In this document: one piece after another, positions 9,241 through 17,340 of the stretch | Numbering within the stretch: the stretch's first letter is position 1 | How the letters are laid out: each line of letters begins with the position of its first letter | Source: Thermoanaerobaculia bacterium | Lineage (GTDB): Bacteria; Acidobacteriota; Thermoanaerobaculia; UBA5066 | Length of the DNA stretch: 64,000 bases | Direction: 5' to 3' | Assembly: GCA_963719225.1 (NCBI GenBank) | Contig: CAVRAY010000001.1 | Coordinates: 1,344,001 to 1,408,000, forward strand | Position numbers and translations under genes: made by a program | The notes under the pieces: model-generated | Seen by the model: the letters and a program-made list of their open reading frames with translations, nothing else | The model's database searches: none | What the model was told of the DNA's origin: nothing

Positions 9241-10311
9241 CTAAGAGTCGGCAAAGAGATCGAGCTGCGGCGCGGGCGGCCGCCGGAACGCGGCCGCCGA
9301 GAGACCCGGCGAGCGGGACGTGAAGCCGACCTTCCGCGCTGCGACGGCGAAAAGCGTTCGCATCTGGAGGGCATATGGTCCCTCTCCCGTCATGCGCGAG
9401 CCGAAGCGCGGGTCGTTCAGGGCACCGCCGCGGATCCCGCGCAGGAGCGAGAGGACCTTCTCCTTCCGCAGAGGAGTGTGCCGTTCGAGCCAGTCCTCGA
9501 AGAGCGGCGCGACCGCGAACGGCAGCCGGAGCGGGATGAACCCGGCCGAGCGGGCGCCGGCCTCCCACGCGGCCGCGAGGAGCGCGGGGACCTCGTGGTC
9601 CGTGAGGCCCGGGATGATCGGGGCGAGCATCACCCCGGCGGGCACGCCGACCTCCGCGACCGCGCGGATCGCGGCAAGCCGGCGGGCCGGGGTCGCCGCG
9701 CGCGGCTCCATCGCGCGGGCGAGCGCGTCGTCGAGCGTCGTGAGCGAGATCGACACGCCCGCAGCGCCGTGTACCGCGAGGCTGGCGAGCAGGTCGAGGT
9801 CGCGCGTCACGAGCTCGCTCTTCGTGATGACGGCGACGGGATGCCGGAGCGCCGCGAACACCTCGAGGCAGCGCCGTGTGACGCCGAGACGGCGTTCGAC
9901 GGGCTGGTAGCAGTCCGTCACTCCGCTCATGACGATCGTCTCGGGCGTCCAGGACGGAGCGAGGAGCGCTTCCGCGAGGAGCCGCGGTGCGTCCTCCTTC
10001 ACGAGGAGGCGCGTCTCGAAATCGAGCCCCGCCGAGAAGCCGAGGTATTCGTGCGTCGGGCGCGCATAGCAGTAGATGCAGCCGTGCTCGCAGCCGCGAT
10101 AGGGGTTCACGCTGTACGTGAACGGGACGTCGGGACTGTCGTTCTTCGAGAGGATCGAGCGCGTCGCGTCGCGGTAGAGCTCCGTCTTCGGCGTGCCCTG
10201 TTCGGCGGGCGCGTCCGGGTCCAGCTCGTAGTGCAGCCTCTCGAAGCGATTCGGCGGGTTGTCGGCCGCTCCGCGGCCCCGGAACCCCGGGGGAACATAC
10301 GCCTCACTCAC
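9241..10311 (-). CDS. Radical SAM protein, PA0069/SplB-like family
   Basis: RGRGA..NPPNRF, NPYRGCEHGCIYCYARPTHEYLG, TDCYQPVE, C-terminal QLDLF; start GTG 10311 inside ORF 9241..11439. Confidence 0.9.
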   Translation of the reverse strand: MSEAYVPPGFRGRGAADNPPNRFERLHYELDPDAPAEQGTPKTELYRDATRSILSKNDSPDVPFTYSVNPYRGCEHGCIYCYARPTHEYLGFSAGLDFETRLLVKEDAPRLLAEALLAPSWTPETIVMSGVTDCYQPVERRLGVTRRCLEVFAALRHPVAVITKSELVTRDLDLLASLAVHGAAGVSISLTTLDDALARAMEPRAATPARRLAAIRAVAEVGVPAGVMLAPIIPGLTDHEVPALLAAAWEAGARSAGFIPLRLPFAVAPLFEDWLERHTPLRKEKVLSLLRGIRGGALNDPRFGSRMTGEGPYALQMRTLFAVAARKVGFTSRSPGLSAAAFRRPPAPQLDLFADS

Positions 10312-10343
10312 GCCCCGATCCTGCCACGGCTCGGCGCGCGGCG

Positions 10344-12059
10344 CTACGCCGGAATCCAGAGGGTGAAGGTCGAGCCGGGACCGCTTTCGTTGTTCGCGAC
10401 GTCGAGGCGTCCGCGGTGGGCCTGCAGCACCTTCTGCACGACCGTCAGGCCGAGACCGGTGCCGGGTACTTTCTCGCTGCCCTGAAATCTCAGATAAGGG
10501 GTCGCGATTCTCGACTTCTCGGCGGCGGGGAAACCCGGCCCCTGGTCGGTCACGGAGATGCGCAGGAAAGGCCGTCCCTCGTCCGGCACCATCTCGACCT
10601 TGACGTGCACGATCCCGCCCGGCGGGCTGAACTTCACGGCATTGCCCAGGAGGTTCGCCGCAGCGCGCCGGAACATCGCGAGATCGAGCGGGACCTTCGG
10701 GAGATCCCTCGGCACGTCGGATTCGACGGTCACATGGCGTGCCACGGCGAGCCAGCGTGCCTCCTCGAGCGGCAGCGCGAGCGCGTCGGCCGGAGAGACC
10801 GGGCGCTTCTCCGTTTCCGGGGCGTCCGCCGGCCGGTAGACGAGGAGCGCGTCCTCGATGAGCCCCTGCAGCCCGCGGGCCGAGGCCAGCGAGCCGTCGA
10901 GCATCTTCGCGAGACGCTCGTCGCCAGTCCGGCGCTCCTTGTCGCGCGTGAGCTCGAGTGCGGCCGAGAGCGCCGAAAGCGGGTTTTTCATGTCGTGCAC
11001 GAGCATCGCGGTGAGGCGGCTCCGGTCGCGGTCGGCGAGCTCGCGGCGCCGCTGCTCGAGGGCGAGGGCCTCGAGCTGGCTCTGCAGGTTTCCGTAGAGG
11101 CGCGCCGCGCGGATCGCGAGAGCGAGCTGGTCGGCGGCGCGCCCGAAAAAGACGAGCTCGTCTGCCGGGAAGGCGCGCGGCTCGACCCAGGACATGCCGA
11201 GGACCCCCATCAGCTCGCCCTCGCGGTGAATCGGAATGCCCACGAGGCTCGCGGCCCCGAGGGCCTCGAGCGCGGCGAAAGCGAGCGACGTCGGATCGAG
11301 CTCGTTGCGGTCGGAGACGACGTACGGCTGACGCGAGGAGACGAGGGCGCGGAACGGCTCGCTGTCGGGCAGCGGCCGCTCGTATCCCACGAGGGACGAG
11401 CCCGCGTCGCCCTGGCGCCAGTCCATGAAGACCGTGCACGAGGTCGCGTCCTCGTTCAGGAACCAGATCTCGACCGAGTTCGCGGCGAATCGCGTGCCGA
11501 GGAGCGACGTCGCGGCGCCGAGCACTTCTTCGAGGTTGAGCGAATCCCTCGACGCGAGCGCGATGGACGCGAGGATGTCGTTGCGCTTGGCCTCCGTGCG
11601 AAGCCGTTCCTTGAACGCGTCTTCGTGCTCCTGCGAGCGGCGGCGCTGGAGAAGGAGGAGCCGTTCGAGTCGCATCGCCAGGAGCGGCCCTTCGTCGCGC
11701 TCGCGCACGACCTCGAAGGACTCGAGCGGAATCCGCCTGACGAGCTGGTCCGTGATCTCGTCGCCGGGCGGCACGACGACGAGACAGAGCGGCGGAGAAG
11801 GGGCGACATCGAGGATTGGCGGCCGCACCCGGACGAAGCCGCGACCGAAGGCGTCGGGTCTCGTCACCCAGACGAGAGGCCAGTGCGAAAAGAAATCCGG
11901 CTCCGTGATCTCCGTCTCGTCGTGGCGCTCGACGAGGAGGCCTCCCGCCGACAACGTCCGGGCCACCCAGGCCATCGCTTCCGGCTCGCCCACGAGCTTG
12001 ATCCTTCGCAGGATTCCATCGCGCTCCGTGCGCGCGGTGATTCCGCTGACCGGCTCCAT
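10344..12059 (-). CDS. GAF-domain sensor histidine kinase (cytoplasmic, orphan)
   Basis: GAF (LVGIPI..G...GVL), H-box VHDMKNPL, N-box NLLGNAVKFS, G1 DQGPG, G2 GTGLGL; start 12059 or 12107. Confidence 0.85.
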   Translation of the reverse strand: MEPVSGITARTERDGILRRIKLVGEPEAMAWVARTLSAGGLLVERHDETEITEPDFFSHWPLVWVTRPDAFGRGFVRVRPPILDVAPSPPLCLVVVPPGDEITDQLVRRIPLESFEVVRERDEGPLLAMRLERLLLLQRRRSQEHEDAFKERLRTEAKRNDILASIALASRDSLNLEEVLGAATSLLGTRFAANSVEIWFLNEDATSCTVFMDWRQGDAGSSLVGYERPLPDSEPFRALVSSRQPYVVSDRNELDPTSLAFAALEALGAASLVGIPIHREGELMGVLGMSWVEPRAFPADELVFFGRAADQLALAIRAARLYGNLQSQLEALALEQRRRELADRDRSRLTAMLVHDMKNPLSALSAALELTRDKERRTGDERLAKMLDGSLASARGLQGLIEDALLVYRPADAPETEKRPVSPADALALPLEEARWLAVARHVTVESDVPRDLPKVPLDLAMFRRAAANLLGNAVKFSPPGGIVHVKVEMVPDEGRPFLRISVTDQGPGFPAAEKSRIATPYLRFQGSEKVPGTGLGLTVVQKVLQAHRGRLDVANNESGPGSTFTLWIPA

Positions 12060-12105
12060 GGGCACATTCTCGCCGCCGGTTCGGGCCTCGTCCACCACGA
12101 CGGGC

Positions 12106-12990
12106 ATGAGATCATCCTTCGAGATGCCGGTCGGCCTCGTCTTTCTCGCCGCGGCTCTCGCGGCGCCCGCCCTGGAAGCTTCGCCGAGTGTCCCGCTCCC
12201 TCCGCTCGTGACGTACGAGCTCCTCGAATCCACGCGAAGCGTCACGCCCGCGGGCCAACGCGCCGTCTCGGCCGGCGGAACCGTGACGGTGCGCGCCTCC
12301 CGGGCACGCTGGGACCTCACGCACGGGACGTTTCCCCGCTCCACCGCGTCCTCCGTCGTCGCGGAAGCGGACGGCGTGACGTTGCTCGACCGTCAGGAAA
12401 AGCTCGCGGCCCAGGCTTCGGCCGCGGACTTCGTCGGGCTCTTTTCGGGGCGCCCCGCGGATAGTGGCGCGACGGTGCCTGCCGTGCGCGACGTGACCGT
12501 CGTCCTTCGGCCCGACGGCAGGGGGCGTCCGTTCCAGGACCTTTCCACGTCGCGCTTCCGGCTGGACGGGGCGTGGACCGTCGTCCTTTCGGCGCCCGGG
12601 CGCATCACGCGCGTGAAGACCGAGGTCGCCGGAGTCGTGGAGACGGCGGATCTTCCCGAAGCCCTCTCTCCCCTCGATTCCCTCGCGCGGCTTCTGCCCG
12701 CCCGCGGAGAGGCGCGCGAAGCCTTCGAGAAGGAGCTCGCGAAGGTGCCCGGCCTTCCCGTGTTCGTCGAGCTCACCGTGACATCGACGTCGAGCACCGA
12801 GATGCCGGGGATCCCGCCGGGCACCGAACCCCCGCCGAAGCCCGTGAGCGCGCGCTCGACGGCCACGCGCCGCGTCTCGAATCTCGCCGTTCGGCCCGGA
12901 ATCCGCGGCGACGAGGCGCTCGTTTCCGTCCCGGAGGATTTCCGGACGCGCGGCCTCGAGAGGCTCGTGAGGGAGCGCGAGCTACCTTGA
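12106..12990 (+). CDS. Secreted hypothetical protein (DUF4412/LolA-like beta fold suspected)
   Basis: Signal peptide VGLVFLAAALAAPALEA; beta-rich; ends with VSVPEDF-like motif; coupled to cobB. Confidence 0.6.
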   Translation: MRSSFEMPVGLVFLAAALAAPALEASPSVPLPPLVTYELLESTRSVTPAGQRAVSAGGTVTVRASRARWDLTHGTFPRSTASSVVAEADGVTLLDRQEKLAAQASAADFVGLFSGRPADSGATVPAVRDVTVVLRPDGRGRPFQDLSTSRFRLDGAWTVVLSAPGRITRVKTEVAGVVETADLPEALSPLDSLARLLPARGEAREAFEKELAKVPGLPVFVELTVTSTSSTEMPGIPPGTEPPPKPVSARSTATRRVSNLAVRPGIRGDEALVSVPEDFRTRGLERLVRERELP

Positions 12991-13739
12991 GCGAGCCCCT
13001 CCTCACGCCGCTCCTCGACCTCCTGCCCGAGCTCCTGTCGGGGCGCCCGCTCGCCGTGCTGACGGGAGCGGGTATCTCGGCCGAGAGCGGTCTTCCGACG
13101 TTTCGCGGGCCCGGCGGGCTGTGGGAAGGGAATCGCCCGGAGGACCTCGCGACACCCGAGGCGTTCCAGGGGGATCCCGAAAAAGTGTGGCGGTTTTATG
13201 CGTGGCGCATCGAGAAGCTGCGGAGCGCGCGGCCGAACGAGGGGCACCTCGCACTGGCGCGCATGGAGCGCCTCCTGCCGCGCATGACGCTCGCGACGCA
13301 GAACGTGGACGGCCTGCACGCCGCCGCGGGGAGCCGGAACATCCTCGAGCTGCACGGCACGCTGCTCCAGGCGCGCTGCACGAAATGCTCTCGCCGCTCG
13401 GCGGCGCCCGAAGGCGCGATCCCGCCCCTCCCGCGATGCCCATGCGGCGGTCTGCTTCGACCCGACGTCGTGTGGTTCGGGGAAGCCCTGGCGCCCGAGG
13501 TCTGGGAATCCGCGGCGCGCGCGGCGGAGGAATGCGCGGTCTTCTTCGTCGTCGGCACGTCCTCCGTCGTGGCGCCCGCTTCGTCGCTCGCGCTCCTGGC
13601 GGCGCGCAGCGGCGCCTACGTGTTCGAGATCAACCCGGAGGAAACACCCCTCGCCCCTCTTGCGACGGGAGTTTTCCGGTCGACCGCGGCTGAGGTCCTG
13701 CCGGCCATCGTGAGAGCGCTCGTGAGGTGCATCCCGTGA
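12987..13739 (+). CDS. cobB: NAD-dependent protein deacylase (sirtuin, class III)
   Basis: TGAGISAESGLPTFRG, YxxR (FYAWR), TQNVDGLH, HG, CxxC..CxC, RPDVVWFGE; TTG start overlaps the upstream stop. Confidence 0.92.
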   Translation: MSEPLLTPLLDLLPELLSGRPLAVLTGAGISAESGLPTFRGPGGLWEGNRPEDLATPEAFQGDPEKVWRFYAWRIEKLRSARPNEGHLALARMERLLPRMTLATQNVDGLHAAAGSRNILELHGTLLQARCTKCSRRSAAPEGAIPPLPRCPCGGLLRPDVVWFGEALAPEVWESAARAAEECAVFFVVGTSSVVAPASSLALLAARSGAYVFEINPEETPLAPLATGVFRSTAAEVLPAIVRALVRCIP

Positions 13740-14455
13740 CGGAGCGGCATCCGCGGCGCCGGCCCGGCCCGCAGGTCGGACGACTCTCCGAGACGAAGAA
13801 AGAAGAGAGACCCAGGGAGAAGATGCTTGGAAAGGGTCCCGAGCATCTGGACGACGAAGAGCTCCTCGCCATCGTTCTCGGCACGGGCAGCGTCCGTAGG
13901 CCGGTCCTCGAGATGGCGCACGACCTTCTCGCGGACGGCGGGTTCCCATCGCTGTTCGCGCGAGGCGCCGGCGATCTTCGCAGCCTCGTCCACGGAATCG
14001 GCCCGGCAAAGGCCACCCGCGTCGCGGCGATCCTCGAGATCGCGGCGCGTGTCTCCCATGATTCACTTTCTAAGAAAAATCTCCTCTCCGACCCTTCCTC
14101 CGTGAGCCGCTACCTCGTCGAGAGGCTCGCGCGCGAGACGCAGGAAGTCATGGGGGGCCTGCTCCTCGACTCCAAGAACCGCCTCGTGAAGGATGCTCTG
14201 TTGTTTCGCGGCACGGTGTCGCACGCGTCCGTCGCGCCCGCTCCGCTCTTCCGCCAGGCGATCCTCGCCGGAGCGGCAGGAGTGATCCTGTATCACAACC
14301 ACCCCTCGGGCGACCCCGAGCCTTCGCCCGAGGACCTCGCGACGACGCAGCGTTTCGCCGCGGCGGGCCGCGAGATCGGCATCGAGGTGAAGGACCACGT
14401 GATCGTGGGGCGCGGCCGGTGGGTCTCGTTCCACGATCGGGGGCTCCTGCGCTGA
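13736..14455 (+). CDS. radC: RadC/JAB-domain protein
   Basis: RPREKM..G...L.D.ELLAI.LGTG, GIGPAKA HhH, HNHPSGDPEPSPED, DHVIVG. Confidence 0.92.
   Translation: MTERHPRRRPGPQVGRLSETKKEERPREKMLGKGPEHLDDEELLAIVLGTGSVRRPVLEMAHDLLADGGFPSLFARGAGDLRSLVHGIGPAKATRVAAILEIAARVSHDSLSKKNLLSDPSSVSRYLVERLARETQEVMGGLLLDSKNRLVKDALLFRGTVSHASVAPAPLFRQAILAGAAGVILYHNHPSGDPEPSPEDLATTQRFAAAGREIGIEVKDHVIVGRGRWVSFHDRGLLR
13822..14089. repeat. Dispersed AT-rich motif pair (radC)
   Basis: Degenerate GATGCTTGGAAAGG (13822-35) ... CTTTCTAAGAAAAATCTCCTCTCC (14066-89). Confidence 0.45.
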
Positions 14456-14465
14456 GGGAAACGGC

Positions 14466-15671
14466 ATGAAGACCTACGACGTGGCGGTCGTCGGCGGCGG
14501 CATCGTCGGCCTCGCGACGGCGTGGCGCCTCCTCGAGAGCGACCCGAAGCTCTCGGTCCTCCTCCTCGAGAAGGAGGGCGAGGCCGGCGCCCACCAGACC
14601 GGCCACAACAGCGGCGTCATCCACTCGGGCCTCTACTACAGGCCCGGCTCCGAGAAGGCGCGTTTATGCGTCGAGGGCGGGAACCTGCTCGTCGATTTCT
14701 GCCGCGCTCACGAGGTCCCGTACGAGATCTGCGGCAAGCTCGTCGTCGCGACGTCGGATGAGGAGCTGCCGCGCCTCGACGAGCTGGCCCGCCGCGGCAG
14801 GGAGAACGGCGTCGCGGGCGTGAAGGAGATGGAGCCTCCGGAGTTCCGGAAGATCGAGCCGCACGCGGCGGGCGTGAAGGCCCTTCACGTGCCGCCGACG
14901 GGCATCACGAACTACGGACTGGTCGCGAAGACGCTCGCGCGCCTTCTCTCCGAGCGCGGGGCGGACGTCCGGTTCCGCTCGAAGGTGACGGCGCTCTCCT
15001 CGGCCGGCTCGGAGGTGAGGATCGTCGTGGGAGGCGAGCACCTGGCGGCGAAGCATGCCGTCGCGTGCGCGGGCCTTCAGGCCGACCGCGTCGCGCGCCT
15101 GGACGGCGTCGACGCGGGCGTGCGGATCGTCCCGTTCCGGGGCGAGTACTACACGCTCGCGCCCGGGCGCGAGGGGCTCGTGAAGGGGCTCCTCTATCCC
15201 GTGCCCGACCCGCGCTTCCCGTTCCTCGGCGTCCATTTCACGCGGCTCGTCGGCGGGGGCGCGGAGGCGGGCCCGAACGCCGTGCCCGCGCTCGCCCGGG
15301 AGGGCTACGCGAAGACTTCCTTCAATCTCTTCGACGCGCTCGAGGAGGCCGCATATCCCGGCGTCTGGAAGCTTCTCGCGAAGTACGGCGGAATGGCGGC
15401 GGGGGAGCTCTACCGCTCGTTCTGGAAGCCCGCCTTCGTGAAGGCTCTGCAGAGGCTCATGCCCGACATCCGGAGCGAGGACCTCACGAGGGGCGGCGCC
15501 GGCGTGCGCGCTCAGGCTCTGCGCCGCGACGGCACGCTCGAGGACGACTTCGTCCTCGTCCCCCACGGCCGCATCGTCCACGTCCTGAACGCGCCGTCGC
15601 CCGCGGCCACGGCCTCGCTCGCGATCGGCGGGAGGATCGCCGACCGCGTTCTCGCGATGCGGGGAACGTAG
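14466..15671 (+). CDS. lhgO: L-2-hydroxyglutarate oxidase (FAD-dependent)
   Basis: GGGIVGLA, HQTGHNSGVIHSGLYY.PGS.KA, YPVPDPRFPFLGVHFT, NAPSPAATASL. Confidence 0.92.
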   Translation: MKTYDVAVVGGGIVGLATAWRLLESDPKLSVLLLEKEGEAGAHQTGHNSGVIHSGLYYRPGSEKARLCVEGGNLLVDFCRAHEVPYEICGKLVVATSDEELPRLDELARRGRENGVAGVKEMEPPEFRKIEPHAAGVKALHVPPTGITNYGLVAKTLARLLSERGADVRFRSKVTALSSAGSEVRIVVGGEHLAAKHAVACAGLQADRVARLDGVDAGVRIVPFRGEYYTLAPGREGLVKGLLYPVPDPRFPFLGVHFTRLVGGGAEAGPNAVPALAREGYAKTSFNLFDALEEAAYPGVWKLLAKYGGMAAGELYRSFWKPAFVKALQRLMPDIRSEDLTRGGAGVRAQALRRDGTLEDDFVLVPHGRIVHVLNAPSPAATASLAIGGRIADRVLAMRGT

Positions 15672-15693
15672 GAACCTGCCTCGATCGAGCAGA

Positions 15694-16500
15694 CTATGGC
15701 AGTGTGAAGCTCGGCCCAGCCACCGGTGCCGCATACGGCCGCGACGCGGAGACTGCCTGCAAGGTCCACGTAAAGCTGCCTGATCCCACCGAAGGGCCGA
15801 TCGTGTACCACGACGGTGCTCCCGGGTGAAACAGGCATCCTGACGCGCAATAACCGGTTCCTCCTGTCAGCCATAAGTTGTAAGTCACGGCGTCCCCGGA
15901 CGTGAGATTGTCCGGCGGCGTCCAGCCGAGATTCCTGCTCGGAGACGCTTCCTTCGACAAGGCGGTCGGCGCGTGGAGCTGAGGCGAGATGAGTTTTTCC
16001 CCGTCGCTGTGGATCGATACCGCTACGGGCTGCGTCGATCCCGGCGGGATGAGCTCGGAAACGATCGTGTGGATCTTGCGGCCCTGATCGCTGAGAACGA
16101 ACATGAGCTTGATCACCGCACCGGTCGAGCCGGGAGGCGCAGCGAGATCGATTTCGGCATTGCCGGTACAGTCGGAATTGACGTGATACGTCCCCGTCTC
16201 GTCTATGTGGAAGCCGGTGACGGGATCGGTCGGGCCGGAAAGGGGCACGCCGTTGGACATGACGAAGTCGGCCTGAGTGAGCCTGCCCTGACCATCGAAG
16301 GAAGTCATCGCGACTCCGTCGCGCAGGGTGACAGAGCCATTGGGTCCGAAGATCTGCCCGGAAACCGTGAAACCATAAGAACCGGTCAATGTGGCGTCGG
16401 TGCAGCCGTCGCCGTCGGCTTGGGCGCGCGCGACGCTTGTTGCCAGCGTCAATACCGCCGCGAACGCCATCATGACTTTCTTCCCGAGCGAGATTCTCAT
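15694..16500 (-). CDS. Secreted protein: beta-barrel (lipocalin-like) domain plus C-terminal fibronectin-III-like domain
   Basis: AAGGAG SD, signal peptide, C..ATL.GSYGF...GTY.VNSDCTG domain, then APT.L....LGWTPP...TYNLW Fn3-like segment with lower GC. Confidence 0.6.
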   Translation of the reverse strand: MRISLGKKVMMAFAAVLTLATSVARAQADGDGCTDATLTGSYGFTVSGQIFGPNGSVTLRDGVAMTSFDGQGRLTQADFVMSNGVPLSGPTDPVTGFHIDETGTYHVNSDCTGNAEIDLAAPPGSTGAVIKLMFVLSDQGRKIHTIVSELIPPGSTQPVAVSIHSDGEKLISPQLHAPTALSKEASPSRNLGWTPPDNLTSGDAVTYNLWLTGGTGYCASGCLFHPGAPSWYTIGPSVGSGSFTWTLQAVSASRPYAAPVAGPSFTLP

Positions 16501-16567
16501 TTTGTTCTCCTTTCGACCATGCACCGGAATCTGGCGCCCGGATCGCTCGCGCGCCTCTATGGCGGAC

Positions 16568-16586
16568 TCACGTTTCGATCACGTTT
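16568..16586. promoter_or_regulatory. Tandem direct repeat TCACGTTT x2 with 11-bp period (winged-helix operator)
   Basis: TCACGTTT at 16568 and 16579, in the divergent intergenic region next to an OmpR-type wHTH gene. Confidence 0.55.
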
Positions 16587-16629
16587 ACTTGGGGCTTCGT
16601 TAGAGCAAGAATCGTTGCCGGAAAAGGAG

Positions 16630-17322
16630 ATGAAGGCCTCCGACGATTCGATCTGGGAGTTCGGGGCCTTTCGCCTGGACGCCCGAGAGCACGTTCTTCT
16701 CAGAGCCGGGACAGAAATCTGCCTGACCCCGAAGGTCTTCGATGCGCTCGTGCTCCTGGTCCGGCGCTCCGGGGAGCTGCTGGATCGCGAGGGGCTGCTC
16801 AGGATGCTCTGGCCCGGCACGATCGTCACCGATGCGACGCTGACCCAGACGATCTGGCTCCTCCGAAAGGCGCTCGGAGACGTGAGCGAGGGCGGCGAGC
16901 TCATCGAGACGGTGCCGCGCGTCGGCTATCGCTTCGTCGGCGCCGTGAGGCGGCGGCCGCGCCCCGCCGGCTCGATCCGGTCGCCGGAGGAGCTTGGCGA
17001 GTGTTACCTTCACCGCGATCGCGAGAAGTTCCGGCTGGTCAAGGGCGAAAACGTCGTGGGCCGGGATCCGGACGCGGCGTTCCAGGTCGACCTCGACACC
17101 GTCTCCCGCCGGCACGCGCGGATCCTTCTGACAGGGGATACCGCGGTGCTCGAGGATCTCGGGAGCAAGAACGGTACGTTCGTGCGCGGCATGCGCATCG
17201 GCGCTCCAACCACGCTCGCGGACCGCGACGTGATCCTCCTGGGTGAAGTCGCGCTCCTTTTTCGGACGTCGCCGCGAAGCGCCACGACGAGATCGGCGGT
17301 CCGCCGGCCCGGCCGATCATAG
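16630..17322 (+). CDS. Transcriptional regulator: OmpR/CadC-type winged helix plus FHA domain (EmbR-like)
   Basis: FGAFRLD...LTPKVFDAL...LWPG...IETVPRVGYRF; FHA GR...VSRRHA...EDLGSKNGT; start could be TTG 16615. Confidence 0.88.
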   Translation: MKASDDSIWEFGAFRLDAREHVLLRAGTEICLTPKVFDALVLLVRRSGELLDREGLLRMLWPGTIVTDATLTQTIWLLRKALGDVSEGGELIETVPRVGYRFVGAVRRRPRPAGSIRSPEELGECYLHRDREKFRLVKGENVVGRDPDAAFQVDLDTVSRRHARILLTGDTAVLEDLGSKNGTFVRGMRIGAPTTLADRDVILLGEVALLFRTSPRSATTRSAVRRPGRS

Positions 17323-17340
17323 AATGAGACTCCTCCTAAC

